Counted from the first letter of the stretch, positions 1 through 10,832 are shown. The stretch: 64,000 nt of DNA from Pseudomonadales bacterium (GCA_020632265.1 JACKFW010000001.1:337892-401891), one strand, 5' to 3'. Translations and numbers: made by a program. The notes: a model not told the origin generated them from the letters alone.

Positions 1-321
1 CCAGTAACAGCACCTCCGTGATAGGGACCTAAGGACAATATTGAGGTTGCCATAGCCGCATAAATATCACCACCCGAAGAAGCTACAATCCTAGGAACTA
101 AACCACTTGCTGGACTAATTCCGTGGTCAATTGAGGCTACAAGCAATGCATTAAGAATTAAGTTTTCAGTCTTCTTAGGCTTTCGTCCTGTTATAGAAAG
201 ATATAAAGTGCTTACAAAATCAGCTTCTTTAATTAAGTCAGACAACTTCTCTTTTCTTAAAATTAAACCCTTTGATGTTTGACCACTGACTGCAGTTACA
301 AACTTTAAATCCTGCGACATA
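1..321 (-). CDS. citrate synthase-like domain protein (citryl-CoA lyase/citrate synthase family), N-terminal part only; runs off window start
   Basis: Minus-strand ORF starting at ATG 319-321. The translation contains LNALLVASIDHG...GPYHGGA, resembling the His-containing signature of citrate synthase-like enzymes. Truncated by the window edge. Confidence 0.4.
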
Positions 322-680
322 TTTTACATTCCTCTATTTAACATAAACGATTATTTTTTGAGATTTTTACACAAATATTAGATTAATAATAACATTATTG
401 TTAAAAAATATTTAAATTGGTTTCAGAAATTATGGAAAATTAGATGAAATTAACTTCCTTTGAAATCAAATTCTGATTCTAAATCAATAAAATCATCGTC
501 TATGGCAAAATATTTATATAAGGGCTGATTAGATAAATTTATTTTTAATGATTCTTCATCTCTTTCAAAATAAATATGAATTACGTTTTTTTCTTTCATA
601 TCAATGCTTATTCTAATTTATATCATCATATTTAGTCAAAGTGCAATGGGTATGTAAAATTTCAGCAAACTTGATAAAAA

Positions 681-1019
681 CTATTGTGGAAGAGTAAATT
701 TGTTAATTAAAGTTTCAATTGCTTGCGAATCAAGCATATTATTAACTATCGGAACATAATCAATTGATCGAACCACCTGTAAAGTTACAGCTAATATAAT
801 CGCAGAAATTACAGTCGCTCCCAATAGGGTTCCAAAACCTTTTAACAATGACAAAGCAAAATTTCTTTTAATTGAAGATTGTTTGCGCATCTCCATTTCC
901 AAAAGTAAAATTGATTTCTCCAATCTTTGTATACTTTGTTTGAGATCGAGGTCATTTTCTTGAATTTCTTCCATATAATCAGTATAGCTATATTTCAGAC
1001 TAAATGTAAGTGATATCAA
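681..1019 (-). CDS. small hypothetical membrane protein
   Basis: 112-aa ORF with one hydrophobic helix (LLGATVISAIILAVTL). No recognisable motif. Confidence 0.35.
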   Translation of the reverse strand: MISLTFSLKYSYTDYMEEIQENDLDLKQSIQRLEKSILLLEMEMRKQSSIKRNFALSLLKGFGTLLGATVISAIILAVTLQVVRSIDYVPIVNNMLDSQAIETLINKFTLPQ

Positions 1020-1060
1020 AAAAAGCTATCTACATTAATTAACTAGCATCAAGAGTGAAA

Positions 1061-1930
1061 TTATATAAGGTAACTTTCGTCTTCAATCTGATTTTTGGAG
1101 TCTGGAATAATATAAACATCACGATTATAACCACCTACGCCAACATATTCTGCTTCCCCGCGCAACACTTTTTCCAGTGGTTTGCATGCAAAACAACTTT
1201 TATCTCCATCTGGACATTTAAAAACATTGAGCTTGCGAGCAGTATTGATTTTTTTCGCAATAGTCAGCACTTTTTCATGAGCATCTATTAAATTAGGCAA
1301 TTCCTTTTCTTGCAAATCATCACTCAATCTCAAATACCAATAACTGACTTTTTCAACATTTCTATTTTGGGTATTTGTTACCAACAAATGATAAATTGGA
1401 AGTTGTAATGAATCTTTGTCTTCTTCTTTTTTTGAAGTTTTAAAATCAATCACATGTACACCCTCAGTTTCGGGCAAATATTCTAGCCAGTCGATTTTTC
1501 CACATAAAATAATGTTATCCTCTGCAGATAACCAATAATAAGGCAAATCTCCTTTTATCTTTACCGAAAGTCTTTTTAACGGTCCTGGATTTTTCATTAT
1601 TTTTCTGATCATTTCCAGCCCCTGGTTTTTATACTCTTCCTCTTGAGATTCACTCAAAAAACCTCCTATTTTTCCAGAATATTTTTTCCAAACATTTTCA
1701 AATTGTTCTACTAATGAATCCTTAAAACGATCCTTAGTAGGAACTGATGATAATGCTTCAATAACCTCGTGAACAGCCGAACCCAAAGTCAGTGGCGCAG
1801 AAATTATCTGAATTTTGTTCCCAGATTTAGGATCTTTGTAAATATTTTTTAGATAATATGATCTTGGACATTTCAAAAAATCACTAATTGAAGAATGTGA
1901 AACCCAAGTAGCTGTAAATTTGTCTGGCAT
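1061..1930 (-). CDS. PD-(D/E)XK nuclease, Cas4/RecB-like with C-terminal Cys cluster
   Basis: Has a D/ExK core (GKIDWLE...VIDFKTSKK) followed by a C-terminal CPDGDKSCFAC cysteine cluster, plus an N-terminal Cys (LKCPRS). This is typical of Cas4/AddB-type Fe-S nucleases. No CRISPR array lies nearby. Confidence 0.55.
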   Translation of the reverse strand: MPDKFTATWVSHSSISDFLKCPRSYYLKNIYKDPKSGNKIQIISAPLTLGSAVHEVIEALSSVPTKDRFKDSLVEQFENVWKKYSGKIGGFLSESQEEEYKNQGLEMIRKIMKNPGPLKRLSVKIKGDLPYYWLSAEDNIILCGKIDWLEYLPETEGVHVIDFKTSKKEEDKDSLQLPIYHLLVTNTQNRNVEKVSYWYLRLSDDLQEKELPNLIDAHEKVLTIAKKINTARKLNVFKCPDGDKSCFACKPLEKVLRGEAEYVGVGGYNRDVYIIPDSKNQIEDESYLI

Positions 1931-2045
1931 AGTAAAATTTTCTATATTAATTGCAATCCATCACTAACAATATAACAAACTAACCTGTTTTTGAAATAGC
2001 AGCTTAGGTTTGAGAATAATATTTTAATCAAGTATCATAATAAGT

Positions 2046-4607
2046 GTGAATAAAAAAAGTTTTTCGATTTCAGAGATAAAATCATCAGGTTTAAATAATG
2101 AAACTATTTTCAAACAAACTCAAGTTTTTGGCAGAAATGCGTTAATTGGTAAAAAACCACCTTCAGATTTTGAATTTATAATTAATCAATTTAAAAATCC
2201 TCTAGTGCTTGTTTTACTAATAGCAGCATTTATCACCGCAGTAATTGGTGATTTTACTGATGCGTTTGTAATTTCTTTAGCAATTTTTATCAATACAATT
2301 TTGGGATTTGTGCAAGAGAGAAAAGCTTTTAAGTCATTAGATTCTCTCAAGAAAGTGGTCACACACGAAACTTGGGTTATTAGAAATTACGAAAAAATCA
2401 AAATTGAGGTTAACAACCTAGTTCCTGGAGATATTGTAATCCTCTATGAAGGAGATAAAATACCTGCCGACGGAATTGTAATTGAAGACAATGACCTGCT
2501 GATAGACGAAGCAATCTTAACAGGCGAAAGTCTGCCTGTAACAAAAAATATATTTCAAACAAAAATTTCCTCAGAAACACTTGAAGAATTTATCTCACAA
2601 ATCACAAACAAAGAAAATGCAAAATCTGACACTTCACTTTTCATGGGCACAACTGTCGTAGGTGGTTCTGGACGTATTTTTGTTACTAAAATTGGCATGA
2701 AAACTGAAATTGGAAAAATTGCCACTCATCTAGAAGAAAATAGAGAAACTAAAACTCCATTAGAAAAGAAACTAGATCATTTAGCTAGATTAATTACAAT
2801 CGGAATTATTATTTTATCTATCATTATTTTTATTATCGGAATTTTATTAAATCAAGATCCTGTAGAAATGTTTACAACTGCAGTTGCTTTGGCCGTTGCC
2901 GCAATTCCAGAAGGTTTAGTGGTTGGATTAACAGCCATTCTAGCCATCGGTATGCATAGAATTCTTAAAAGAAAAGGATTGGTAAAATCACTTTTGGCAG
3001 CTGAAACTCTAGGAAGTGTTACTACGGTTTGTGTTGATAAAACTGGCACTTTAACTGAAGGAAAAATGAAAGTTATTGAAACCGAGCTGATCGATGAACT
3101 TCTTGCCTATAAAGCAAGCACTCTCGCAAATGATTTAAAAGATCCAATTGAACTAGCTAGATGGCAATGGGCATTAAAGATATCTAAAAATAACAAGAAA
3201 CTTGTTTCACCCGAAGAACTAGTCATTGAGCATAAAAGAGATGCTGTAATTCCTTTTTCTGTTGAAAGAAGGTTCTTGGCCTCAAGAAATAACAATCAGA
3301 TTTTTCTGTCAGGTGCTCCTGAGGAAATGCTCTTACGGTCAAATGTTTCAACTAAAGAAATAAATTACTTTCAAAATCTTATTGAAAATTGGGCAAATAA
3401 AGGTCGAAGATTGATTGGCTTTAGCTATATTGAGTGCAAATCTGAAGAGGAAGCCAAAAAATTATTTATCAAACTCAAAAAAGATAGTGTAGACAAATCT
3501 AAAATAACCTGGTTAGGTCTTATGGCTTTTGATGATCCAATTAGAACTTCAGTAAAATCATCAATTAAAAAAACCCAACAAGCAGGAGTGAAGGTAAAAG
3601 TCATTACTGGTGACTTTAGAACTACTGCCTTGGCAGTAATGCGAAAAATCGGCTTTGATATAAAATTTGATGAAATTATTGAAGGGCATGAGCTCGATAA
3701 AATGAGTGATATTGAATTAAAAAATATTGTTAATAAAGTGGTTTTATTTGCACGAACAAAGCCTTCACAAAAGCTCAGAATTGTTAAAGCTTTGAAAGAT
3801 AATGGAGAAATTGTTGGCATGATGGGAGATGGAGTCAATGACGCTCCTGCATTGGCCATTTCTGATATTGGAATTGTTGTTGAAGATGCTAGCGAAGTTG
3901 CCAAAGACGCGGCTGATTTAATTCTTCTTGATTCAAATATGCAAACTATTACAGCTTCAATTGAAGAAGGTAGATCAATGTTAGAAAACCTTAAAAAAGT
4001 AGCTCTTTATCTTCTAAGTGACTCATTTTCTGAAATTTTAATAGTGATGTTTGGGTTATTCTTAGGTTGGCCAACAACTATTTCTGCGGTTCAAATACTT
4101 TGGATAAATTTAATTGATGATGGCCTTCCCAATTTAGCTCTAACAATTGACCCAAAAGATAAAAACTTGTTGAAACGGAAACCTCTTTCTCCGAAGACAA
4201 GACTCATCGATCAAGAAATGCTTATATTAATAATAATTATATCTTTATCAACAGCAATCAGTTGCATAATTATATTTTATCTTTATTGGCAACAAAGAGG
4301 CTTAGATGTTGCTCGAACAATGATTTTTGCCGTCCTAAGTATAGATTCTCTGCTCTATGTATTTTCATGCAGATCACTAGATAAAAATATTTGGCATGAT
4401 TCTATTCTCAAAAATAAAGTGCTCGTGCTTGCTTGCGGGTTTGGAATACTAGCGACAATATTATCGGTGCATTTACTACCTTTACAACGTCTTTTAGGTA
4501 CCATCTCTCTGGGCATTACAGACTGGATAATCGTCTTTGGAACAAGTTTGGGAGTTATGGCAACTATAGAAGCATTTAAGTGGTTTTATAACAGATTTAC
4601 GAGTTAA
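2046..4607 (+). CDS. P-type cation-transporting ATPase (type II, Ca2+/cation family)
   Basis: 853-aa ORF with the DKTGTLT phosphorylation motif, TGES, the GDGVNDAPAL hinge and about 10 TM segments. The start is a non-ATG codon (GTG). Confidence 0.9.
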   Translation: MNKKSFSISEIKSSGLNNETIFKQTQVFGRNALIGKKPPSDFEFIINQFKNPLVLVLLIAAFITAVIGDFTDAFVISLAIFINTILGFVQERKAFKSLDSLKKVVTHETWVIRNYEKIKIEVNNLVPGDIVILYEGDKIPADGIVIEDNDLLIDEAILTGESLPVTKNIFQTKISSETLEEFISQITNKENAKSDTSLFMGTTVVGGSGRIFVTKIGMKTEIGKIATHLEENRETKTPLEKKLDHLARLITIGIIILSIIIFIIGILLNQDPVEMFTTAVALAVAAIPEGLVVGLTAILAIGMHRILKRKGLVKSLLAAETLGSVTTVCVDKTGTLTEGKMKVIETELIDELLAYKASTLANDLKDPIELARWQWALKISKNNKKLVSPEELVIEHKRDAVIPFSVERRFLASRNNNQIFLSGAPEEMLLRSNVSTKEINYFQNLIENWANKGRRLIGFSYIECKSEEEAKKLFIKLKKDSVDKSKITWLGLMAFDDPIRTSVKSSIKKTQQAGVKVKVITGDFRTTALAVMRKIGFDIKFDEIIEGHELDKMSDIELKNIVNKVVLFARTKPSQKLRIVKALKDNGEIVGMMGDGVNDAPALAISDIGIVVEDASEVAKDAADLILLDSNMQTITASIEEGRSMLENLKKVALYLLSDSFSEILIVMFGLFLGWPTTISAVQILWINLIDDGLPNLALTIDPKDKNLLKRKPLSPKTRLIDQEMLILIIIISLSTAISCIIIFYLYWQQRGLDVARTMIFAVLSIDSLLYVFSCRSLDKNIWHDSILKNKVLVLACGFGILATILSVHLLPLQRLLGTISLGITDWIIVFGTSLGVMATIEAFKWFYNRFTS

Positions 4608-4610
4608 TAT

Positions 4611-4650
4611 TCAGCTTGTTAAAAATACTGAATTTTTTACCTAAATTTGC
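4611..4650. terminator. possible bidirectional hairpin between convergent ATPase and korB genes
   Basis: ATTCAG...CTGAAT stem followed by TTTTTT. The stem is weak and the loop long. Confidence 0.25.
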
Positions 4651-5533
4651 TTAAAAGTTTTGAAATATCATAATGCCTGGTTTCTTCATAAGCATCTGTA
4701 ACAATATCTTTTCTATTTGGTTGTTTTTCAATTTGAGGCACACTTTTTTTATCCTGAAAAAGAACTCCTATTGCAATTTTTTCTTCTTGATCTTGAGCTA
4801 TAGCTAAAGCTTGTTGTCTGTTAGATGAGTCGTAATCTGCCAGATTACTGATATCAAAAACTCTATCCATATACCATTCATGAGGTGTTTCTTTATTGTA
4901 AGAAGGACAACTTTGTAATATTTCAACAAAACTAAAACCTCGATGATCTAAGGCCTGCTCAAAAGTTTTCGCCATGTGTTTAACATTTCCAGAAAAACTT
5001 CTAGCAACGAATGTTGATTCAAGCGACAAAACAAAATTTGCAGGATGTAATAACTCTGAAGTTACTCCGTCTGGAGAAGAATTCATCTTCATGTTTTTTA
5101 AAGTTGTTGGCGACGCTTGACCTTTGGTAAGTCCATAATTTAAATTATTGTGCAATACGAAAGTGATATTGTAATTACCTCTTATTGCATGAACTAAATG
5201 CCCAACTCCCTCTCCCAAGGTTCCTCCATCTCCGCCAAAAGCAATAACCGTCATTTTACTGTTAGCCATAGTGGCTCCACAAGCCATTGGTATAACCCTA
5301 CCGTGTAAGCCATGAAAGCTATATCCGCCAATTTTGTCAGATCCATTTCCATTGCACCCAATATCAAAACAATTTAAGGTTTGACACGCAGGTATTTTTT
5401 TGGCTACTAATGCTCTTCTTAATGCGGTGTGAATTCCATAATTGCCACAATTAGTGCACCAAGTAAATAAATTATTGGACTGAAAATCTTTCATTGTTGG
5501 AGTTTTATTTGAAGAACAGCTTTTGCAAGTCAT
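4637..5533 (-). CDS. korB: 2-oxoacid:ferredoxin oxidoreductase beta subunit (TPP-binding)
   Basis: 298-aa ORF with the thiamine-PP binding signature GDGG...N..YGLT and N-terminal CxxC. Lies directly downstream of the alpha subunit. Confidence 0.8.
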   Translation of the reverse strand: MTCKSCSSNKTPTMKDFQSNNLFTWCTNCGNYGIHTALRRALVAKKIPACQTLNCFDIGCNGNGSDKIGGYSFHGLHGRVIPMACGATMANSKMTVIAFGGDGGTLGEGVGHLVHAIRGNYNITFVLHNNLNYGLTKGQASPTTLKNMKMNSSPDGVTSELLHPANFVLSLESTFVARSFSGNVKHMAKTFEQALDHRGFSFVEILQSCPSYNKETPHEWYMDRVFDISNLADYDSSNRQQALAIAQDQEEKIAIGVLFQDKKSVPQIEKQPNRKDIVTDAYEETRHYDISKLLSKFR

Positions 5534-5535
5534 AT

Positions 5536-7281
5536 TTACTCCTTATCCTGAATATAACTAATAATTTCTTCGATAAAAAATGGTCGGCCATCATATTTAA
5601 GCAATCTATTTTTAAATAAAACACCGGTCTTTGAACTAATAAGACTTCCAAGTTGTCCAAGAGCATTGTTCTCAATCAAAACAAGTTTTTTGGCAGTTTT
5701 CGCATATTTGATAAACTTCTCGGTTCTAATTGGGTAGACATATTCATAATGCATATATGCAATTTTTTTATCGGAATAATCAGCTAAAATATTCATTGCA
5801 TCAATTACAGAATTTTTAACACTTCCCCAACCAACAAATGAAATATCTGGGTTATCACTACCATAAATTTCTGGTTCGGGAAGTTCTTTTAGTAAAGATT
5901 CTTCTTTTCTAATTCTTTTTTCATACATTTGTCTGGCAGGAATAGCATCCTCGGTTAATGAACCGTCAGATAAATGTTCATCACTATTTGCATCAAAGGT
6001 TGCATCACAGCTTCCTGGTAACCACCTAGGAGAAATCCCAGATTCTGTAATTTTAAATCTGTCTGCTGAAACAGCTTTTTCTAATTCTTCATCACTTAAA
6101 AGTCCTCTTTCTATTGGAATATCTTTTGGCATGTGATCAACTTGAAAAATTGATTCTGCAATTTGTTTTTCTGTTAAAACTATTACTGGAATTTGATATT
6201 TTTCAGCAATATTAAATGCATGCTGAGTAACCAGGTAACAAGACTCAATATCGTGAGCAGCTACAACACAGCGAGTATATTCTCCATGACCAGAGTAAAC
6301 AGCAATATTAAGATCTGAGGCTGAAGTCCAAGTTGGCAATCCCGTGCCAGGACCAGGTCTTTGAGCTAAAATACAAACTAGGGGCGTTTCAGTAATACCT
6401 GTCAATGAAACTGCTTCAGTCATTAAATCAAATCCTCCGCCAGAAGTAGCAATCAAGGTACGTGCTCCCATAAACATTGAGCCTACTCCCATATTTGCAA
6501 CTGAAATTTCATCCTCAATTTGTTTAACAAGCATTCCAGTTTCATGATAAACGCTAGCAAGATAACTCAAAATTGAGCTACTCGGAGTCATTGGATAGGC
6601 ATAAAAAACTCTAACCCCAGCCGCAATCGCCCCTAAACTAATCGAGTGATTGCCCGTCATTAAAAGATCATCTTTAAAATTTTTATGTTCAGAAATTTTT
6701 AATACAGCCCTAGTTAGACCAGATAAATCATATTTATAGCCTGCTTGTAAACATTTTAAATTGATGTCAATCACGTCAGGTTTTTTTGCAAAAATCTCTT
6801 TAATTTTGGCTTCCAAACCAATTATTTCTAGACCCAAAACTTGCCAAATTGCACCAAGCATTATGGTATTTGACATAATTCTCTTGCCACCAAGTTCTAT
6901 CGCTAAATCCTGAGCTGGAATATAAATAATATGAATTTTATTTTTCTCAACATAAGCTTGTTCTTCTGGACTTAATGTCAATTTATAAATACTGTGAATT
7001 ACCGATCCATTTTCTCTCACAGTTTCTAAATACATTTGAAAAGAAACTCTACTTAAACACATTAATAAATCACATTCTTTTGAAGAAGATTTAATTTCTT
7101 GATCAGCAATATCAATTTGATAGCTGGCATAACCACCTTTGATCAGAGAAGGATATTCACGATATCCAAAAATATATAAACCATTATTTTTTATTGCCTT
7201 AGCTAAAATTTCACCAATAGAGTTCACACCTTGTCCAGATTCACCAGCTGCTTTAACAACATAACGATTTTTAAAATACAT
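5536..7281 (-). CDS. korA: 2-oxoacid (pyruvate/2-oxoglutarate):ferredoxin oxidoreductase alpha subunit with fused gamma domain
   Basis: 581-aa ORF. The N-terminal region resembles a PorG/KorC gamma domain and the remainder a PFOR alpha core. It is separated from the beta gene by 2 bp. Confidence 0.8.
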   Translation of the reverse strand: MYFKNRYVVKAAGESGQGVNSIGEILAKAIKNNGLYIFGYREYPSLIKGGYASYQIDIADQEIKSSSKECDLLMCLSRVSFQMYLETVRENGSVIHSIYKLTLSPEEQAYVEKNKIHIIYIPAQDLAIELGGKRIMSNTIMLGAIWQVLGLEIIGLEAKIKEIFAKKPDVIDINLKCLQAGYKYDLSGLTRAVLKISEHKNFKDDLLMTGNHSISLGAIAAGVRVFYAYPMTPSSSILSYLASVYHETGMLVKQIEDEISVANMGVGSMFMGARTLIATSGGGFDLMTEAVSLTGITETPLVCILAQRPGPGTGLPTWTSASDLNIAVYSGHGEYTRCVVAAHDIESCYLVTQHAFNIAEKYQIPVIVLTEKQIAESIFQVDHMPKDIPIERGLLSDEELEKAVSADRFKITESGISPRWLPGSCDATFDANSDEHLSDGSLTEDAIPARQMYEKRIRKEESLLKELPEPEIYGSDNPDISFVGWGSVKNSVIDAMNILADYSDKKIAYMHYEYVYPIRTEKFIKYAKTAKKLVLIENNALGQLGSLISSKTGVLFKNRLLKYDGRPFFIEEIISYIQDKE

Positions 7282-7302
7282 ATTTTTTATCCAATTACAA
7301 AA

Positions 7303-7773
7303 TTATTTACTTTCAAATAAATCCAGTGTATTTTTGGCCCAATCTCGAACTACTTTATCGATTAAATCATCAAATGGTTCTCTTCCTATTGTCAGGGGAA
7401 CGCCCACTGAAGTTCCTTTTTGCTTTTCCCACACCTCTTGAAGTAACTTCATCCCGGTACAAAAATAATGCTTTTCATACCTTCGATCACCAAGACCTAT
7501 GAAAGTTGCAGATTTTCCAGAAAAGTCTGCTTTTGTCATTTGTGCTAGTAATTTGTCAAAAAAAGGATTGATTGTTCCATGATCCCAAGTAGAAGTTGCG
7601 AGTAAAAAATATGTATTATCTTCAATTAGTTTTATATCTGTTGTTTCAGCTCGATGGAGATTTACCTCATGACCAATTTCTATCCAAACGTCAGCAACTT
7701 TTTCCATCACAAATTCAGTATTTCCTGATGTAGATGCATAAATTATTTGAATTGGAAAATTGGATTTGCTCAT
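7303..7773 (-). CDS. flavodoxin
   Basis: 156-aa ORF with the N-terminal FMN-binding loop IIYASTSGNTEFV. Adjacent to the oxidoreductase genes. Confidence 0.8.
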   Translation of the reverse strand: MSKSNFPIQIIYASTSGNTEFVMEKVADVWIEIGHEVNLHRAETTDIKLIEDNTYFLLATSTWDHGTINPFFDKLLAQMTKADFSGKSATFIGLGDRRYEKHYFCTGMKLLQEVWEKQKGTSVGVPLTIGREPFDDLIDKVVRDWAKNTLDLFESK

Positions 7774-7833
7774 GAAAAACCTTTCGATATTTATTTATTG
7801 TACTATACCAAACTATCACAAAAAATCCCAGGT

Positions 7834-9972
7834 TTAACCTAAAACAATTTTGCCATCAACACTCCAGATACCTTCTCTGTTTAGTATTACTGGATTAATA
7901 TCCAACTCAACTATTTGATCGTGAGCATCAACAATGTTTTGAACTTTAAAAATTAAATCAATAATTTTGTCTATTTTATAACCTTCATCACCTCTATAAC
8001 CTTTAATCAATTGATAAACCTTAGAACCCTGAACCATCTTTTCAATTTCATACCTGTCTAATGGAACCAACCCCAAATTTCTATCTTCAATTAAATTGGC
8101 AAGTAAGCCTCCCGCACCAAACATCAAAACATTACCAAAAGTCGGATCTTTTTTTGATCCAATTATTAATTCAATACCTTTATTGACTTGTTTTTGAATT
8201 TGAATCGAATATGAACTAGTATTTTCAAATGTCTTAATAATTTTGTTTAAGCTTTCATAAGCTTGGTTAAGTCTTTCATCAGATTCTATGTCGACAATTA
8301 CTCCACCACTATCACTTTTATGTAATAATTCTGAGGATGAAATTTTCAAAACTACTGGAAAATTATTTTCGCTCACAAAGTCTTTAGCTGTTTGCAATGA
8401 CTCACACTTCTTAGTTTGAGGAGTATTGATTCCAAAAAAATTTAACAGTTGATTAGCTTCAAAACTATCAAAATTTTTTCTTCCCTGAGCTAAAACAGTT
8501 GATAACAATTTGGAGCTACTTTCAATGTTCGGAAGTGCCATTTCACTTTCACTCGTACTCTCACTGTCGTTTATTAAGTCAACCATACTTTTCTGAAGAT
8601 CTTGATATTCTTTCCACTTACACATTTGAGCCACCACTCTAATGGCTCGCTGAGGGTATCTAAAGGAAGGAATTTTAAACTTATTCAATATTTTCTCTCC
8701 TTTTGAAATTAAACTTCCCCCCATAAAAGAACAAAATATTGGTTTACCATATTCCAATGATAGCTTTCCTATTACCCCTGCAGTTTCCTCAATCTGAGTC
8801 ATTATCTGAGGAGTCAATATGATTAACAATGAATGCACATCTTCATCAACAATTAGGGTTTTTATTGCGCTTTCATACCTTTCAGCCAATGCGTCCCCCA
8901 AAACATCAACTGGGTTTAAAATACTGGCAGCTCTAGGTAAATGTATTTCTAGTTCTCTTCTAGTTTCTTCATCAAACCTCACCAAGTTTAGCCCTGCTTC
9001 TGATACATAATCTGAACTTATAACTGCCGGTCCCCCCGCGTTTGAAATAATGGCAATGTTTTTTCCTTTTGGTACTTTTTCCCATGCAAAAGTTCTTGAT
9101 AAATCAAAGAAGTCTTCAATACCCTCGCATCTGAGTACTCCCGCTTTTTCTAATGCCACGTCAAAAACATAATCTTCGCCAGCTATCGCACCAGTGTGAG
9201 ATTGCATTGCTTGCTTGGATTCAGTAGACTTACCTGGCTTCAGAACAAAAATTGGGTTCTTTTGAGAAATTGTCTTTGCAATTCGAATAAATTCCTGACC
9301 ATCGACAATAGATTCAAGGTACATGCCAATTGGAACAACATCTGAACTGCCATTTTCCTTTGTAAGCTGACTAATATCATTTTTAGCAAAATAATTTAAA
9401 ATATCATTTTCATTCAAATCTGTTTTATTTCCCAAAGTAACAAATTCTCCAAAACCAATTCCATTAGAATCAGCCCAATCAAAAATACTAGAAGCAATTG
9501 CTCCCGATTGTGAAAGAAATCTTAAATTACCTTTATTTTTTACAGGCTGGCCAAAAGTTACATTTACTGGAGCTAAATTATTTACAAAACCTAAGCAATT
9601 TGGACCTAAAACATTAATTTTATACTTTTTAATTAAATCTTTTAATTCATTTTCCAATGCCAATCCCTCATTACCAATTTCTTTGAAACCTGCACTAAAA
9701 ATAACAATATTTTTAGTTCCCTTTTTAGCAATTTCATCAACAGCAACACTTACAAATTTTGCTGGAATAGCAATTAAAGCTAAATCGGGAACTACTGGTA
9801 AATCTTGATATTGCTTATATGCAGTTAATCCTAAAATGGAGGGTGATTTTAAATTTAGTGGAAAAATTTCTCCAACAAATCCAGATTGAATTATATTCTT
9901 TAATACAATCGCTCCAAGTTTTTTTTCATCATTAGATGCTCCAATTAAAGCAATAGATTTAGGGTAAAACAT
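7834..9972 (-). CDS. acd: acetyl-CoA synthetase (ADP-forming), fused alpha/beta; acetate-forming, ATP-yielding
   Basis: CoA-binding/succinyl-CoA-synthetase-like N-terminus (MFYPKSIALIGAS...) and an ATP-grasp C-terminus. The ORF track extends to 10131, but the conserved start is the ATG at 9970-9972. The extension would overlap the next gene. Confidence 0.8.
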   Translation of the reverse strand: MFYPKSIALIGASNDEKKLGAIVLKNIIQSGFVGEIFPLNLKSPSILGLTAYKQYQDLPVVPDLALIAIPAKFVSVAVDEIAKKGTKNIVIFSAGFKEIGNEGLALENELKDLIKKYKINVLGPNCLGFVNNLAPVNVTFGQPVKNKGNLRFLSQSGAIASSIFDWADSNGIGFGEFVTLGNKTDLNENDILNYFAKNDISQLTKENGSSDVVPIGMYLESIVDGQEFIRIAKTISQKNPIFVLKPGKSTESKQAMQSHTGAIAGEDYVFDVALEKAGVLRCEGIEDFFDLSRTFAWEKVPKGKNIAIISNAGGPAVISSDYVSEAGLNLVRFDEETRRELEIHLPRAASILNPVDVLGDALAERYESAIKTLIVDEDVHSLLIILTPQIMTQIEETAGVIGKLSLEYGKPIFCSFMGGSLISKGEKILNKFKIPSFRYPQRAIRVVAQMCKWKEYQDLQKSMVDLINDSESTSESEMALPNIESSSKLLSTVLAQGRKNFDSFEANQLLNFFGINTPQTKKCESLQTAKDFVSENNFPVVLKISSSELLHKSDSGGVIVDIESDERLNQAYESLNKIIKTFENTSSYSIQIQKQVNKGIELIIGSKKDPTFGNVLMFGAGGLLANLIEDRNLGLVPLDRYEIEKMVQGSKVYQLIKGYRGDEGYKIDKIIDLIFKVQNIVDAHDQIVELDINPVILNREGIWSVDGKIVLG

Positions 9973-10058
9973 AGAACCCAAACTAGACCTAAAATCCCAA
10001 ATTTTTTCTTGATCAGGTTGATTTTTCCCTAAAAAATATCTTTCAAATATTTTTTTTA

Positions 10059-10832
10059 TCACAAGTAAATACCCATCATCTGAAGAAATCCAATGATTCC
10101 ATGGATTATGCCAATAACCACAGTAACCCAAACAAAATGTTTATGTACAGAACTCCAGGTCATATGTTTGCCGGCTTCGTCTAAAGGATCTGGTCCAATT
10201 TTTGAACCTTTCCAAGGTAAGGGTAATTTTGCCCAAGGAAGAGCAAAGCAACTTCCAAACGTTAAAACAAAAAAGATTGCTAAAAATATTCCTGTCCAAC
10301 CTAAAAGAGAAAAGCCCAAAAATGAGATTCTTTTTTGATACCATTTCAGAGTTTTTTCTAAAGGAACTGGTCCAGGATATTTATCAGAAACCAGTGGTTT
10401 TTCTGTTTTGTTTTCTTCAACCTGAGTAGTTGCCTGATTACTTAATTGAGTTAACTCCGGATTTGCCACTTTTGTGTTTTCTAAATTTTCCGATTGATTG
10501 GATTCTAAAGTGCCAACAACCTCAAAACCTGCAAAAACTTCTTTGCCATGAGGTGCTTCTTGCATTCTTTCGGTTAAATCAACACCGGCATTAAGTCCAA
10601 AGTGTTCACCTAACTTCCACAATTTACTATCGGTAACATCATAAACAACACCTTCATAGGCTGTATAAGCTTTGCGACCATCTTTACCATCAAATTCCAA
10701 TAAGTCTGATGCTGTAAATACCATTGACTCACTGACAGCACTCACCTTATTGACTAAAAATAATTGCCTATTTGAATTTACAAAAACTCCCAGTAAAAGA
10801 ACAAATATCAATGATATAAATAACTTTTTCAT
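10059..10832 (-). CDS. membrane protein with cytochrome b5-like heme-binding domain
   Basis: Signal/TM N-terminus, then FTASDLLEFDGKDGRKAYTAYEGVVYDVTDSKLWKLGEHFG..AGVDLT, which is a cytochrome-b5/steroid-binding fold signature. There is a C-terminal 2-TM region. Confidence 0.5.
   Translation of the reverse strand: MKKLFISLIFVLLLGVFVNSNRQLFLVNKVSAVSESMVFTASDLLEFDGKDGRKAYTAYEGVVYDVTDSKLWKLGEHFGLNAGVDLTERMQEAPHGKEVFAGFEVVGTLESNQSENLENTKVANPELTQLSNQATTQVEENKTEKPLVSDKYPGPVPLEKTLKWYQKRISFLGFSLLGWTGIFLAIFFVLTFGSCFALPWAKLPLPWKGSKIGPDPLDEAGKHMTWSSVHKHFVWVTVVIGIIHGIIGFLQMMGIYL

Noticed and set aside
9973-10131. N-terminal 53-aa extension of the acetyl-CoA synthetase ORF
   Set aside because: It overlaps the 3-prime end of the cytochrome-b5-like gene. 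The conserved family start MFYPKSIALIGAS begins at the ATG at 9972.
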